Shown piece by piece: positions 1 through 9,735 of a stretch of 64,000 bases of DNA; the stretch's first letter is position 1, and the number at the start of each line of letters is the position of its first letter. Made by a program: the position numbers and the translations under genes. The stretch lies in the IMG/VR virus record IMGVR_UViG_3300005534_000011, positions 1 through 64,000 of that record; one strand, given 5' to 3'. The notes under the pieces are model-generated. The model was not told where the DNA came from, made no database searches, and saw only the letters and a program-made list of their open reading frames with translations. This DNA comes from a virus.

Positions 1-348
1 GATGCTGGTCGTGAACGTGAGAAGGCCGAAGTTGAAAAAGCAACTTCCCAGATCAAGTACGAACAAGCTCAAATTGATGCAAAGACCACGAAAGAGAAAG
101 CTGAAGCCGAAGCATATGCCAAGAAAGTGGTGATGCAGGCGGATGGTGCGCTGACTCAGAAACTGAATGCATGGGTTGAGAGCCAGAAGGTCTGGGCATC
201 TGCCGCACGCCATGCTCCGGTTCCACAACTCATCATGGGTGGTAGTAGTGAAGGTGCAGGTCGTCAGAGTGAAATCCAAACCATCGCTGGACTTGTTGGT
301 GTAAAAGCTGCCAAAGACCTGATGCTGGACCTGAACGTCAAGCAATAA
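1..348 (+). CDS. SPFH/band-7 family membrane protein, C-terminal part (5' truncated)
   Basis: Frame 1 is open from base 1. Coiled-coil KEKAEAEAYAKK followed by ADGALTQKL..W...VPQLIMGG, typical of phage SPFH C-termini. Confidence 0.6.
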   Translation, partial: DAGREREKAEVEKATSQIKYEQAQIDAKTTKEKAEAEAYAKKVVMQADGALTQKLNAWVESQKVWASAARHAPVPQLIMGGSSEGAGRQSEIQTIAGLVGVKAAKDLMLDLNVKQ

Positions 349-367
349 TTCAATCAATTGAATAAGG

Positions 368-390
368 AACCCGGTGAAAGCCGGGTTTTT
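368..390 (+). terminator. Rho-independent terminator
   Basis: AACCCGG-TGAAAG-CCGGGTT followed by a T-run. Confidence 0.8.
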
Positions 391-393
391 AAT

Positions 394-669
394 ATGAAAA
401 AGATACCAAATCTGTTCCTAAACGGTTATGTTGCAATTCGTAACCAAGATGCGTTTCAATATGGTCTTGTCGGTCATAGCACAGGTGTTGTCAAACGTCG
501 ATTTACCGATGGTATGAAATCCCATTACATCAAGTTCGATGCCCAGACCGACTTTGGATTGTATCAACCAATCAATCCGGTAGCCCTCAAGGGCTTTCTG
601 AACGATATGAAAGGCGTCAATGTCAGTTCGGATGAGCTGATTCGGTTGATGTTGGAAAACCTAGGTTGA
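394..669 (+). CDS. hypothetical protein
   Basis: ORF after the terminator, overlapping the next gene. Confidence 0.6.
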   Translation: MKKIPNLFLNGYVAIRNQDAFQYGLVGHSTGVVKRRFTDGMKSHYIKFDAQTDFGLYQPINPVALKGFLNDMKGVNVSSDELIRLMLENLG

Positions 670-1238
670 TCGTTACTGGAATTGGCTCTAGGGAAATTGA
701 TACAATCCAATTTGAGATTTGTCAGAACCTCGCTACAGTCCTCGCTAATAAAGGCTGGCATTTACGGTCTGGTGGTGCTAGAGGGGCAGATACTGCATGG
801 GAATTGGGGTTTACTGGATCTGATCGAAAAACGATCTATCTCCCAGAACGCAATTTCAATGGTCGTGGGAATGCCCCTTATTTCAAAGTTCCATCGGATT
901 GGCATGAGCTATGGTTCGAAGCTCAAGAAATTGCCCGTAAAATCCATCCAAGATTTGATGCAATGGCGGAATTTGGTCAGAACGCTCATACCCGGAATGT
1001 GTTTCAGGTACTCGGAGACGACCTAAAGACCAAGGCTGATTTGGTTATTGCATGCGCAGAACCAAACGGTCGGTCTGTTAAGGGTGGTACTGCTACAGCA
1101 TTCAATCTGGCAAAGGCGCTTGGTGTCACCACATTCAATGTATGGCTACCTCAAGACAGAGAAACCATCTATAAAATTTATGCACCCGAACTAGATGGTC
1201 AGGATCTTAGAACCGGGCAAGTCTCGTTATTAGATTGA
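666..1238 (+). CDS. DprA/SLOG-family nucleotide-binding protein
   Basis: GIGSRE, LRSGGARGAD, RNVFQVLG and GGTATA motifs. Confidence 0.8.
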   Translation: MIVTGIGSREIDTIQFEICQNLATVLANKGWHLRSGGARGADTAWELGFTGSDRKTIYLPERNFNGRGNAPYFKVPSDWHELWFEAQEIARKIHPRFDAMAEFGQNAHTRNVFQVLGDDLKTKADLVIACAEPNGRSVKGGTATAFNLAKALGVTTFNVWLPQDRETIYKIYAPELDGQDLRTGQVSLLD

Positions 1239-1273
1239 ACCTCACAAAACTAGATATCGACAAAATAAATCTC

Positions 1274-1309
1274 GATTCTGTTTATTAACTCCCAAAACTG
1301 ATATAGAAT
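1274..1309 (+). promoter_or_regulatory. early promoter, GATTCTGTTTA class
   Basis: GATTCTG-TTTATT-N17-TAGAAT. Confidence 0.6.
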
Positions 1310-1315
1310 AGGCTT

Positions 1316-1618
1316 ATGAGCACACAAATTACTTCGGCAATGATTCAATATTGGTCACTGACCGATGCACAAAAAGTCAAATTTCCAGCGGGTGAAATCC
1401 GGGATCTGATTGCCCGGAAAACCTTCTACGAAAGCTCTACAATCTCCGCGATTACCATCCTTGGCTGGATGGCGGATAACCTTCAAATTTCGTTTGAAGA
1501 ACGGAAAAACATTCTGTCTCTGATCGAAGCGGTAGAGAAAGAACCACGTTTAACCAAAACCGAGCTGACTGAACAGCTTAATACCCTGTTGACAATCGTC
1601 AACCATTATACCAAATAA
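1316..1618 (+). CDS. hypothetical protein
   Basis: ORF directly behind a promoter. Confidence 0.6.
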   Translation: MSTQITSAMIQYWSLTDAQKVKFPAGEIRDLIARKTFYESSTISAITILGWMADNLQISFEERKNILSLIEAVEKEPRLTKTELTEQLNTLLTIVNHYTK

Positions 1619-1624
1619 GGTAAT

Positions 1625-1987
1625 TTGATGAAATCTAAAAATTTCATGTCACCAATTGAAGTGATGATTTATAGTGCTGTACTGGTACTGATTCTTCTTT
1701 TTGGTGGTGCTAAAGCGATTCTGTACCTTTCCACCGGCAACGATGTGAACGTGACGGTGACCGACAAGGGCGAGCGTTGTAAATCGGTTGGGGACTGTAA
1801 GTACCTGATCTACACCGATAAAGGCACCTTCGAAGATCGCGATTCGTGGTTGAATTGGAAATTCAATTCCAGCGATATCTACGGCGATATCAAACGTGAC
1901 ACCAAGTACACCTTCCATACCAACGGGATTCGTGTTGCATTCCTGAGCTGGTATCCAAACATCGCATCGGTACAGGAAGTCAAGTAA
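1625..1987 (+). CDS. membrane-anchored/secreted protein (DUF1523-like)
   Basis: N-terminal TM helix; YLIYTDKGTFE..DS..WKFNSSD, G.R.FLSWYPNI. Confidence 0.55.
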   Translation: MMKSKNFMSPIEVMIYSAVLVLILLFGGAKAILYLSTGNDVNVTVTDKGERCKSVGDCKYLIYTDKGTFEDRDSWLNWKFNSSDIYGDIKRDTKYTFHTNGIRVAFLSWYPNIASVQEVK

Positions 1988-2469
1988 TGGGAACTTTTCT
2001 GGGTGGTATTTTCGCTGTATCTGCAATGGCTCATCAATTTGATATAGACAAGGGCGGTAAGGCATATTTCCTGCATTGCATCACGGTAATGGAAAATGCA
2101 CGAAAAATGGGCGTCACGAATGAAGTGAGTCTTGCACTCGCGGTTTCTCATGATGTCGGGGAAGATCACCCGGAAATGGTCAAGCATCTTTTGATGCATG
2201 CCAGAGCCCATGGTGTACTGGAAAAGTTCGAATCTGGGCTGGACTTGTTGACCAAGCGTATGGATGAGCCTTATGAGGATTTCATCAAACGCATCATCGA
2301 TTCTGGTCGGATTGATATTATCCGCATCAAAAAAGCTGACCTCAAGCACAACTCCTGTATCACAAGGCTCAAGGGCGTGCGTCCTAGCGACATTGCTCGG
2401 GTGCAGAAATACCACAAATCTTGGTTGGATCTGGAATTCGCGGAAGTCAATCTGAATGTTAGTGTCTGA
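1987..2469 (+). CDS. HD-domain phosphohydrolase (SpoT/Mesh1-like)
   Basis: AH..DKGG.AY.LH, HDVGED and KKADL.HN motifs. Confidence 0.8.
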   Translation: MGTFLGGIFAVSAMAHQFDIDKGGKAYFLHCITVMENARKMGVTNEVSLALAVSHDVGEDHPEMVKHLLMHARAHGVLEKFESGLDLLTKRMDEPYEDFIKRIIDSGRIDIIRIKKADLKHNSCITRLKGVRPSDIARVQKYHKSWLDLEFAEVNLNVSV

Positions 2470-2644
2470 ATATAAAAAACTGCTTGCAAGTCACGACTGG
2501 TTCTATCAGAATTCCGATGACCACGGGGAGTGGTCAGCCGGGAGGGCGGTGTTTTACACGCTTTGTCGGCAACAGGGGATTTTGGATCTAGACGCTTCGA
2601 TCTGGAACGAGTATTGCCCTGCGGAATTCAAGTTGTACAAATAA
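2456..2644 (+). CDS. hypothetical protein
   Basis: HDWFYQNSDD motif; overlaps the upstream gene. Confidence 0.55.
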   Translation: MLVSEYKKLLASHDWFYQNSDDHGEWSAGRAVFYTLCRQQGILDLDASIWNEYCPAEFKLYK

Positions 2645-2677
2645 TAACCAAAATAGGATATTGGGGGCAGGATCAAA

Positions 2678-3502
2678 ATGGGTGCAGTTGCAATTGTGGG
2701 TGATGTGGATAGTTCTTGCATTTCCTTTGCAGATGATGTAGTCAAATTTGATCTGTCCTACGACATTCTCGTACTTCAAGCAATCATCGAAGTCAAGAGT
2801 GTTCAGGGTGATACGCACAACTTGCCGAAGAATTTGATTAAAATTTTCGACAAGTATGCAACCAAGCAGGCGCTAGGGTGTGAGTTTACTCCGGTCGATG
2901 GCGTAGGGGATAGTGGGTACGACATCGAATTTATCTCCGAAGTGTTGGGTAAGTGCTTTACTTTCCTCGGGAATGGCTCGTTCGCAGAGGTGTTTAGCCT
3001 CGGTTCAGAGTGGGTTCTAAAAGTCAACTGTCGAGATACTTTTCATTCGCCGGTTGATGGTGGGTTTGGCTGGATGAAGACCTGCACCAAGCACCAAGGG
3101 AATCCATATATCCCTAACCTTTCGTCGATTGAACAGCGTGGACATTTGTACATTGCTGTGGTAGAGCATCTGCATCTTGGGGTCGGTCTGTCGTTCGAAG
3201 ATGGATCGCTTGGGGATCTGTCCGATGAATCCTACACCCCAGATTTTGATGTAATCACCTATATGGATGAGTCTGAGTTCACCTTCGGCCAGTTCATCAA
3301 ACACAGCCCAAAAGATGCAATTGCCGTGGCACGAGTGTATGAGTCACATCGCCGGGATGTACGCGGCTGCGACGACATCAGCCGAGACAATGTGATGCAT
3401 CGTGGTGGGTTTCCGGTCCTCACAGACCCAATCTGTGACACAAAGAGTGGATATACGCAATTGGAACAAGGTTCTTCGTTTTCATGGATGTCGCGGAATT
3501 AA
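2678..3502 (+). CDS. Ser/Thr protein kinase-like (T7 gp0.7-like)
   Basis: LGNGSFAEV glycine loop, VLKV lysine, GNPYIP, D..N and LTDP. Confidence 0.7.
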   Translation: MGAVAIVGDVDSSCISFADDVVKFDLSYDILVLQAIIEVKSVQGDTHNLPKNLIKIFDKYATKQALGCEFTPVDGVGDSGYDIEFISEVLGKCFTFLGNGSFAEVFSLGSEWVLKVNCRDTFHSPVDGGFGWMKTCTKHQGNPYIPNLSSIEQRGHLYIAVVEHLHLGVGLSFEDGSLGDLSDESYTPDFDVITYMDESEFTFGQFIKHSPKDAIAVARVYESHRRDVRGCDDISRDNVMHRGGFPVLTDPICDTKSGYTQLEQGSSFSWMSRN

Positions 3503-4098
3503 TCAAATGTCTAGGTGTTGGTGATTTGCGAGGGGCGATGGTTTATGCCCCTCGCGTTTTCCATGAAACCCTAGAATTGCAACGGCTATTGCCGGACGGT
3601 TGGAAATATCACGGGACAGGCTTCTATTCGCTGGTGATAGGTCCGACCGATTCAAATATGGTGTTCAAGCTATCGTGGAAGGGATCTGATCCATGGATTC
3701 AGTACGCAGAGCACGTAACCCAGCAACCAATGGACTCAAACCCATTGATGCCCAAAATTTACAATCTGTTTGTAGACGATGGTCGGGCAATTGCTGTCAT
3801 GGAACGTCTCTATGAATCCGAAATTGTCCATAGTGTTGGTATGTCGAATGTTGTAAAACTCTGTAGAAATCAATGGTTTAGCAATCAGTTTAAAACTCTG
3901 ACCGCCAAGCGAAAGAAAATTGCAGATTTTTTACGATATCAGTTTGACATGCGCGGGAACCGCAATTACAATACAAACAACCTAGCTGATATCGTGATTT
4001 GGATGGCTGGGTTACCGGATGCAAAAGTGGATTGTCACGGGTCAAACTGGATGATTCGCACAACCGGACAACTCGTACTTACCGATCCGATTGGATAA
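3484..4098 (+). CDS. Ser/Thr protein kinase-like (T7 gp0.7-like)
   Basis: GTGFYSLV, VFKL, MERL, DCHGSNWM and LTDP. Confidence 0.75.
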   Translation: MDVAELIKCLGVGDLRGAMVYAPRVFHETLELQRLLPDGWKYHGTGFYSLVIGPTDSNMVFKLSWKGSDPWIQYAEHVTQQPMDSNPLMPKIYNLFVDDGRAIAVMERLYESEIVHSVGMSNVVKLCRNQWFSNQFKTLTAKRKKIADFLRYQFDMRGNRNYNTNNLADIVIWMAGLPDAKVDCHGSNWMIRTTGQLVLTDPIG

Positions 4099-4109
4099 AA
4101 GGAAATATC

Positions 4110-4400
4110 ATGAAAACTTCTATGTTGGTTCTTGCACTCGCTCTTGGCACTCTGGCCGGTTGTGCATCGAAAGCTGATATCGATCACAGTGAAGCTCGTA
4201 CCGATGGTACGCGAGTCTTCTACAACTGTTCGTCGCTGATTCAGAAACAGTTGGTGATTCAACAGTTCAACCAGTGCTACCTGAATGGTCCGAAGACCAA
4301 GGAGAATCGGTTCGACTGTGAAGAAGTTGCCCGCTCCATGGCGTGTGACCGAATGGTCGAAGTCACCCAGCACGCTCCGGTTGCTGAAATCAAACCATAA
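4110..4400 (+). CDS. putative lipoprotein
   Basis: Lipobox LAGC after a hydrophobic signal; AAGGA RBS. Confidence 0.7.
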   Translation: MKTSMLVLALALGTLAGCASKADIDHSEARTDGTRVFYNCSSLIQKQLVIQQFNQCYLNGPKTKENRFDCEEVARSMACDRMVEVTQHAPVAEIKP

Positions 4401-4456
4401 TTTCACATCACCTCAAATGGGCGGCGATTGCCGCCTTTTTTATTGCTTGGAATAAA

Positions 4457-4744
4457 TTGATGAAACCAGTTCTAGATTACGCCGACCGTGAAATCATGGT
4501 TGGTAATTTCGTTGCCTACTCCACATCAACAGGTGGTATGGGCATTTACAAGGTAGCGAAACTCAATCAGAAAGACCCTGATTGGCCTAGTTTGTCTGCT
4601 ACGGAATATTTTCAAAAAAACATAGGCGAACCATTCTACCGTGGGAGTGATAAGACTGTGTGTCTCAAATTCCCGCATGCTGCCATTGTCCTACCTGATG
4701 GATTCTTCAATACCAGCGAAGAATTGTACTCGAATTTGGTTTGA
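4457..4744 (+). CDS. hypothetical protein
   Basis: ORF after a terminator hairpin. Confidence 0.55.
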   Translation: MMKPVLDYADREIMVGNFVAYSTSTGGMGIYKVAKLNQKDPDWPSLSATEYFQKNIGEPFYRGSDKTVCLKFPHAAIVLPDGFFNTSEELYSNLV

Positions 4745-4792
4745 TATTCTGTTTCGGTATGGTAAGATGGCTCTATCGAAACAGAATGGAAA

Positions 4793-5071
4793 TTGGCAAT
4801 GCTCATTGACCGATATGGTAAAGAAGTTTATCCGGGTGAATGGTTTATTCGGATGGATCAAAATAACGAAGGGCGGGTGTATCTCGTTGAAGGATACCCT
4901 AAAGAGGGTTATGTAGCTGTTCATGAACACAAGCCAATCTATGACACGGTGTCAATGTTGGTTATTCTGGAATTAATTCCAGCCCGTTTGAAACAAACCA
5001 TCAAACTCCCGTCCGGGGTACTTTGGTATCCTAAAGTGCTTCTGCCAAAGGTAGGTGCCCGTGAGCAATAG
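4793..5071 (+). CDS. hypothetical protein
   Basis: ORF in the + strand gene run. Confidence 0.55.
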   Translation: MAMLIDRYGKEVYPGEWFIRMDQNNEGRVYLVEGYPKEGYVAVHEHKPIYDTVSMLVILELIPARLKQTIKLPSGVLWYPKVLLPKVGAREQ

Positions 5072-5366
5072 CCGCCGCAAATTCCTCTGCATGGATTGTA
5101 AAGTGGATACCGGTAAAATCGGTGAACATTACATGCTGGCAGATTCAACGTGGAATTTGATCCATGATTCCAACAAAGGTATGCTCTGTATTGGTTGCGT
5201 CGAAACCCGATTGGGTCGGCAATTGATCAATACAGATTTCAACGATTCTCATGTTAACAAACCGTTTCCGGGGAAATTTTTCAGTGGACGACTCCACAAT
5301 CGAATTAACAATATCGAAATTGATGCAAATCGAACAGGGCGTCAGGGCACTCGATGCGCTGCATGA
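5061..5366 (+). CDS. Zn-finger hypothetical protein
   Basis: CMDC ... LCIGC.E.RLGR.L. Confidence 0.6.
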   Translation: MSNSRRKFLCMDCKVDTGKIGEHYMLADSTWNLIHDSNKGMLCIGCVETRLGRQLINTDFNDSHVNKPFPGKFFSGRLHNRINNIEIDANRTGRQGTRCAA

Positions 5367-5460
5367 ACTGCTGTCGTTGGGTAAACCTGTAGATCAGGAC
5401 CATATCGACCTGTTGGATGCTGCATTGTTCCGAATCAACAAAGGGTTGGAAAATTAAGTA

Positions 5461-5682
5461 ATGACTAAGATTTTTGGTGCTGCATGGTGTGGCAACTGTT
5501 CGACAGCTAAAAAAGCTCTCGATACCATTGGGTTTGTGTATGAGTACGTCGATATCGATACAGATATGGATCAAGCCCAAGCAAACAATATCCGTTCACT
5601 CCCAACGATGATTACCGAAGCCGGTGACCGTCTGATTGGCTCTGCGAAGATTATCGAATTTGTCAATTCTCAAAGCAATTGA
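5461..5682 (+). CDS. glutaredoxin/thioredoxin (NrdH-like)
   Basis: WCGNC active site and IRSLPT cis-Pro motif. Confidence 0.85.
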   Translation: MTKIFGAAWCGNCSTAKKALDTIGFVYEYVDIDTDMDQAQANNIRSLPTMITEAGDRLIGSAKIIEFVNSQSN

Positions 5683-6157
5683 TCGCGCTTACCGGGTTTC
5701 TCAAGAACGCAAATATGATCGTATCTACTGGTCGTTAGACCTGCATGGTACGGTCCTGCATGGGAACTATCTGGCTAACACATATGAATGGATTTCACCA
5801 GAGATTCCGGGACTTCTGAGAAAGCTCTCAGAATTTGATGAAACCCATTTCATTCTCTGGAGTTCTCTACACCCGGAAGAAATTCCGAATGTGTTGAGGT
5901 TCTTCCATGACGCTGGTATCCATGTATTCGCCGTCAATGGCAACCCACTGGAAGGTAACACCCAGACCGGGAACTTTGATGCAAAGTTCTATACCTCGAT
6001 CATCGTAGATGATAAAGCTGGGTTCGATCCTGCGGATTGGGATCAGGTTTACCGGGCTACGATTCACTACCGTGAACGCTACGGCTTTACCGGTGGGAAT
6101 TATTACCCACATCGATCAGATATTGAGAAATGGCCTCTAGGCTGGCAATACGTTTAA
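5660..6157 (+). CDS. HAD-superfamily hydrolase-like protein
   Basis: DLHGT motif I, LWSS motif II, DDKAG motif IV. Confidence 0.65.
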   Translation: MSILKAIDRAYRVSQERKYDRIYWSLDLHGTVLHGNYLANTYEWISPEIPGLLRKLSEFDETHFILWSSLHPEEIPNVLRFFHDAGIHVFAVNGNPLEGNTQTGNFDAKFYTSIIVDDKAGFDPADWDQVYRATIHYRERYGFTGGNYYPHRSDIEKWPLGWQYV

Positions 6158-6228
6158 TCAATAGCCCGGTATATCCGGGCTTTTTATTGCTTAGAGATTG
6201 ATTCGAAACAGAATTTTTGTTTTGAAAG

Positions 6229-6259
6229 TGTTTAGAATGCTCTGAAACTGATGTATGAT
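6229..6259 (+). promoter_or_regulatory. early promoter, GTTTAGA class
   Basis: TG-TTTAGA-N17-TATGAT, downstream of terminator AGCCCGG..CCGGGCTTTTT. Confidence 0.65.
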
Positions 6260-6295
6260 GACCACATAAGCAAATAATCAACAGAATAGGAGCAT

Positions 6296-6637
6296 ATGAT
6301 GTATTCAACCAATCAATTCAGTCGTGACCTCGCTATTGCTACCTATCGGGAATATCGTGACCCAAATCTGAGACGTACTAAAGTGAAATCCCTCTACGAT
6401 AAATTTGGGGTATCCGAAGTTCTGTTCGATGGCCGTATTATTGGTTGGAATGTTGGACAAAATCAGTTTGTATGTTTCAAGAAACGTTATGCCACCGAAG
6501 CCGATGCGAGACTGGTTACGTCTGTAGGTATGATCAAATCAAAAGGTCGATTCGCTGCCACTGGAGTCTATCACTGCAAGAACTGTGATGGTTGGCACGC
6601 GACCAGTAAGGGTCATATGGCCGGGAAGTATAAATGA
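6296..6637 (+). CDS. hypothetical protein with C-terminal Zn ribbon
   Basis: YHCKNCDGWH; AGGAG RBS. Confidence 0.6.
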   Translation: MMYSTNQFSRDLAIATYREYRDPNLRRTKVKSLYDKFGVSEVLFDGRIIGWNVGQNQFVCFKKRYATEADARLVTSVGMIKSKGRFAATGVYHCKNCDGWHATSKGHMAGKYK

Positions 6638-6834
6638 TTCTTTACCAAGAATTTGATACAATGATCGAATGCAATCCCTCCCGATCTGTAATGGAAGATT
6701 TTTCTGTTCGCTTGGGAGTTGCTGTAGAAGATTTGATGTTTTCTGACGTTCAATCCATGTGTCATGATATCGCGGGCATTATCGAACGCGCATTTGACTG
6801 GTCTGAACGCATTACTGATCGTATGGGAGAGTAA
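6634..6834 (+). CDS. hypothetical protein
   Basis: ATGA overlap with the upstream gene. Confidence 0.5.
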   Translation: MILYQEFDTMIECNPSRSVMEDFSVRLGVAVEDLMFSDVQSMCHDIAGIIERAFDWSERITDRMGE

Positions 6835-6839
6835 GAAGT

Positions 6840-7037
6840 ATGTTTGATATTCTGGCTAAAGCAGTTCGTATGAGCCTGTCCACTACTCCACATGGTCGTA
6901 AATTGATGTTGAGTTGGAAAGACTCTCAAATCAAAGCAGAATTGAAAGACCCATGCTTCTTTGGGGTAAAGAATCCCATCAAAGTAAAAGAACATGCTGT
7001 AAAGCATTTTGAGAAATTGGCGGAACTTCGAAAATAA
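6840..7037 (+). CDS. hypothetical protein
   Basis: GGAG RBS; coupled to the next gene. Confidence 0.5.
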   Translation: MFDILAKAVRMSLSTTPHGRKLMLSWKDSQIKAELKDPCFFGVKNPIKVKEHAVKHFEKLAELRK

Positions 7038-7669
7038 TGGAATACAAAGACTATTTGGGCATCCCAATTAACCCCGGTGATTTTGTAGTGGCGGCGACGA
7101 ATCGCGGCTCCCTTGAAAAGTGTATCGTAATTGGCTACACACCAACCATGGTTCGTACAAGTTGTGGGTTGTATGGGCCAAAATATTGCATGGTTGCAAA
7201 TGAACAGTTGCAGATATCCGGTCAACAGGTTTGGATGGATGCAGAACGCCTGAAATATCAAGACAAACTTGATCATAAGATAGAAAAGCCAAAAATCAGT
7301 TGGCGCTATCTGGTTGGGGTTTTTACTGATACCTCAACCGGAAACAAGGTTGGATGTGTCCTAAAGCTGGATGGGACCACGATTGATCGGTTTAAGTCTG
7401 CCCGACAGGAATGGGTTAAAAATCGTGGGTATAACCCGGATACTGCATATTATTTGCAGCATGTTTACAAAGGTTATAAAGCGGTTCCCAATGGGTACAT
7501 CGAAGAGTTTGATAGAGGATACAGTCGGTACGATAAAGGTGATTCATTAGCCACAATCAAAATCCACGGTATGCAAGATTGTATCGATAATCCAATGCCA
7601 CTGGACCAATTTATGGTGGCTTTCCCAACATTCAATTTGGATACGCTTCGCAAAGACGGTAAAATCTGA
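7037..7669 (+). CDS. hypothetical protein
   Basis: 210 aa ORF, translationally coupled. Confidence 0.65.
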   Translation: MEYKDYLGIPINPGDFVVAATNRGSLEKCIVIGYTPTMVRTSCGLYGPKYCMVANEQLQISGQQVWMDAERLKYQDKLDHKIEKPKISWRYLVGVFTDTSTGNKVGCVLKLDGTTIDRFKSARQEWVKNRGYNPDTAYYLQHVYKGYKAVPNGYIEEFDRGYSRYDKGDSLATIKIHGMQDCIDNPMPLDQFMVAFPTFNLDTLRKDGKI

Positions 7670-8358
7670 TGAGCAAACGAATTCGAACTAAAAGATACTG
7701 GTATTTTGTGACTCAAGATTTTATGGGTAACAAAATGGATTTGTATCCACGGCTGCCTCACTCCGCAGGTGAAGATGAACCGCGTGTTAAACGCATCTGT
7801 GTTGCGCCAACTGCTGGACATTGTATGTCGGCAATTGTGATGCACCCAAGTGATCCGATTTATGTATATCGGACTGCTAGGCGAGTGACAGCGGAAAAGG
7901 CATGGGATGTTGGTGATTCGCCAATTACCCAAGAACATTTCATACGCCGTAAAAGTAAGTTCGAATTCGTTTCCGCAATTTCGCCTGAATGGGTCCGCGT
8001 TTACTCAAATCGTGGGGCATTCGATGATCGGGGGTACAAGCCCGGAGACAACGGCTACAAGGAACAGAAACGCCAGAAGGAACAATTGATCAGGGCTGTT
8101 GTCAAACTAGATCGGAGATTAGGTATTATCGCCGAATCCAATGAACTATTCCGATTTGAAGGTGAGCGAAAGCTGTTGGGTGATGTCTGGCCCACTCAAT
8201 CACCTTGGAATGACATGAACACCCGTGATTATGTTCTGGAAGTGACTGGGCTCAAGCCACCTCAACCTCCTAAGCAACTTGATGTGAAAGGGATGCTTGA
8301 ACGCTTGAACTCACACATTTCGGCGAGCTTAGAAACAAAACTACAGAATTCTGTTTAG
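7669..8358 (+). CDS. hypothetical protein
   Basis: 229 aa ORF; PR.P...ED...KRICVAP...V.D..IT.EH phage motif. Confidence 0.65.
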   Translation: MSKRIRTKRYWYFVTQDFMGNKMDLYPRLPHSAGEDEPRVKRICVAPTAGHCMSAIVMHPSDPIYVYRTARRVTAEKAWDVGDSPITQEHFIRRKSKFEFVSAISPEWVRVYSNRGAFDDRGYKPGDNGYKEQKRQKEQLIRAVVKLDRRLGIIAESNELFRFEGERKLLGDVWPTQSPWNDMNTRDYVLEVTGLKPPQPPKQLDVKGMLERLNSHISASLETKLQNSV

Positions 8359-8382
8359 ATTTTTAGAAAACAGGTGTATGAT
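8347..8382 (+). promoter_or_regulatory. early promoter, GTTTAGA class
   Basis: AATTCTG-TTTAGA-N17-TATGAT. Confidence 0.65.
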
Positions 8383-8464
8383 GCACCTTAGCAACCCAAA
8401 GCGATAGACGATAATTTGGGTAAGGAATAATATCGGAATAAAATCAAACTAACGGTGAAGAAAG

Positions 8465-8674
8465 ATGAGCATTTATAAAAAGAGTTTGCATTACATCAAT
8501 ATGACCCTATCCATGATAGGCATCATGTTCAGTCTGTATATCATTGGGTGGGTGCAGGAAGACCATAATTTCATGATTGGTGCGTCGTGCTTCTTTCTGT
8601 TTTTGGGTTGTATGGTTGCCAGTACCCTTGGGTGGCTGAAATCTATACCCAAAAGAAATACACCGGGAGTTTGA
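8465..8674 (+). CDS. small membrane protein
   Basis: Two hydrophobic helices. Confidence 0.55.
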   Translation: MSIYKKSLHYINMTLSMIGIMFSLYIIGWVQEDHNFMIGASCFFLFLGCMVASTLGWLKSIPKRNTPGV

Positions 8675-8810
8675 TGTTATTAGCGCCTGCAACGAGCTAT
8701 AGCGCCGATACACAAGCTTTTAAAACAGACCCTATGCGTTGGTGTAGGGTATTTGATTAAATCGTCTATAGAGGCTCACAGAGCCTTATAGGCATTGTGA
8801 GAATTACATC

Positions 8811-9221
8811 ATGTTCAAACTAGAAGAAGTCTCCCAGAAAATCGCTGATCATTTGACCCGGCAGAAGGCTGTGTCTAAAAATATTGACGAACACTGCAAA
8901 TATCGCGGTGATAATGGTCTTATGTGCGCAGTCGGCTGCCTGATTACCGATACCGAATACAATTCAACCATCGAAGGACAAACCGTCATCGAACCCGGTG
9001 TTATGAAAATTGTATTGAGTTCAATCGCACCGGAACTTGGCGCAGCAGCAATGTACACAACCGGGGTTGATAAACTCACAGCTTTGCTGGGCATGTGGCA
9101 GGATTACCACGATAGCATTGATAGTGTTGAATACCAGCAATGGATCAAAACTCAAGATCCAGTCAACAGCCCTCAGACCTTCCATGAAACCCTGAAATCC
9201 AAAGGTTGCTTTGATGTCTAA
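8811..9221 (+). CDS. hypothetical protein, paralogue family A (CxYRG..GLxCAVGCLI)
   Basis: Motif shared with the ORFs at 9211 and 18535. Confidence 0.7.
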   Translation: MFKLEEVSQKIADHLTRQKAVSKNIDEHCKYRGDNGLMCAVGCLITDTEYNSTIEGQTVIEPGVMKIVLSSIAPELGAAAMYTTGVDKLTALLGMWQDYHDSIDSVEYQQWIKTQDPVNSPQTFHETLKSKGCFDV

Positions 9222-9606
9222 TTTGATCAAAATGTCGGAGACAATCCGCGACCACCTGACCAAGCAGCGGATGAAATCCATGGCAGCATATGGTGGAAAT
9301 ATGACACAGGATTGTGCATACCGTGGTGGAAACGGACTTATGTGCGCAGTCGGTTGTCTGATTACCGATGAAGCATATTTTGAAGGTTTGGAGGGCCATT
9401 GTGCAGACGATAACCGTGTCGTTGAAGCACTGTTCAATTCTCTTGGGTTTGAATTGACCGAAGATATGGTCAACCTGTGTATGGTCTGGCAAGGGTATCA
9501 TGATGACACTCATAATGGTTTTAGCTATCGTGGCTGGATTGACTACCAGCTTGACCGTACCAGTCCTGAAATGTTCCATATCCACATGATGGGATGTCAT
9601 TCCTAA
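9211..9606 (+). CDS. hypothetical protein, paralogue family A
   Basis: CAYRGGNGLMCAVGCLITD ... WQGYHD. Confidence 0.7.
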   Translation: MMSNLIKMSETIRDHLTKQRMKSMAAYGGNMTQDCAYRGGNGLMCAVGCLITDEAYFEGLEGHCADDNRVVEALFNSLGFELTEDMVNLCMVWQGYHDDTHNGFSYRGWIDYQLDRTSPEMFHIHMMGCHS

Positions 9607-9735
9607 TGAAGCTTCTGATCGGCAACAATCAATGGACAACTGTTTGTGATGGGTGTAATCGAACCATCCACACCGGAACCTATGTTGTCGATCAAGACCT
9701 TTGCACCTATTGCATCAATATGGGGAATATCCGAA

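Noticed and set aside
1625-1987. Pilin-like N-terminus (KNFMSPIEVMI)
   Set aside because: It lacks the Gly at the cleavage site; treated as an ordinary membrane anchor.
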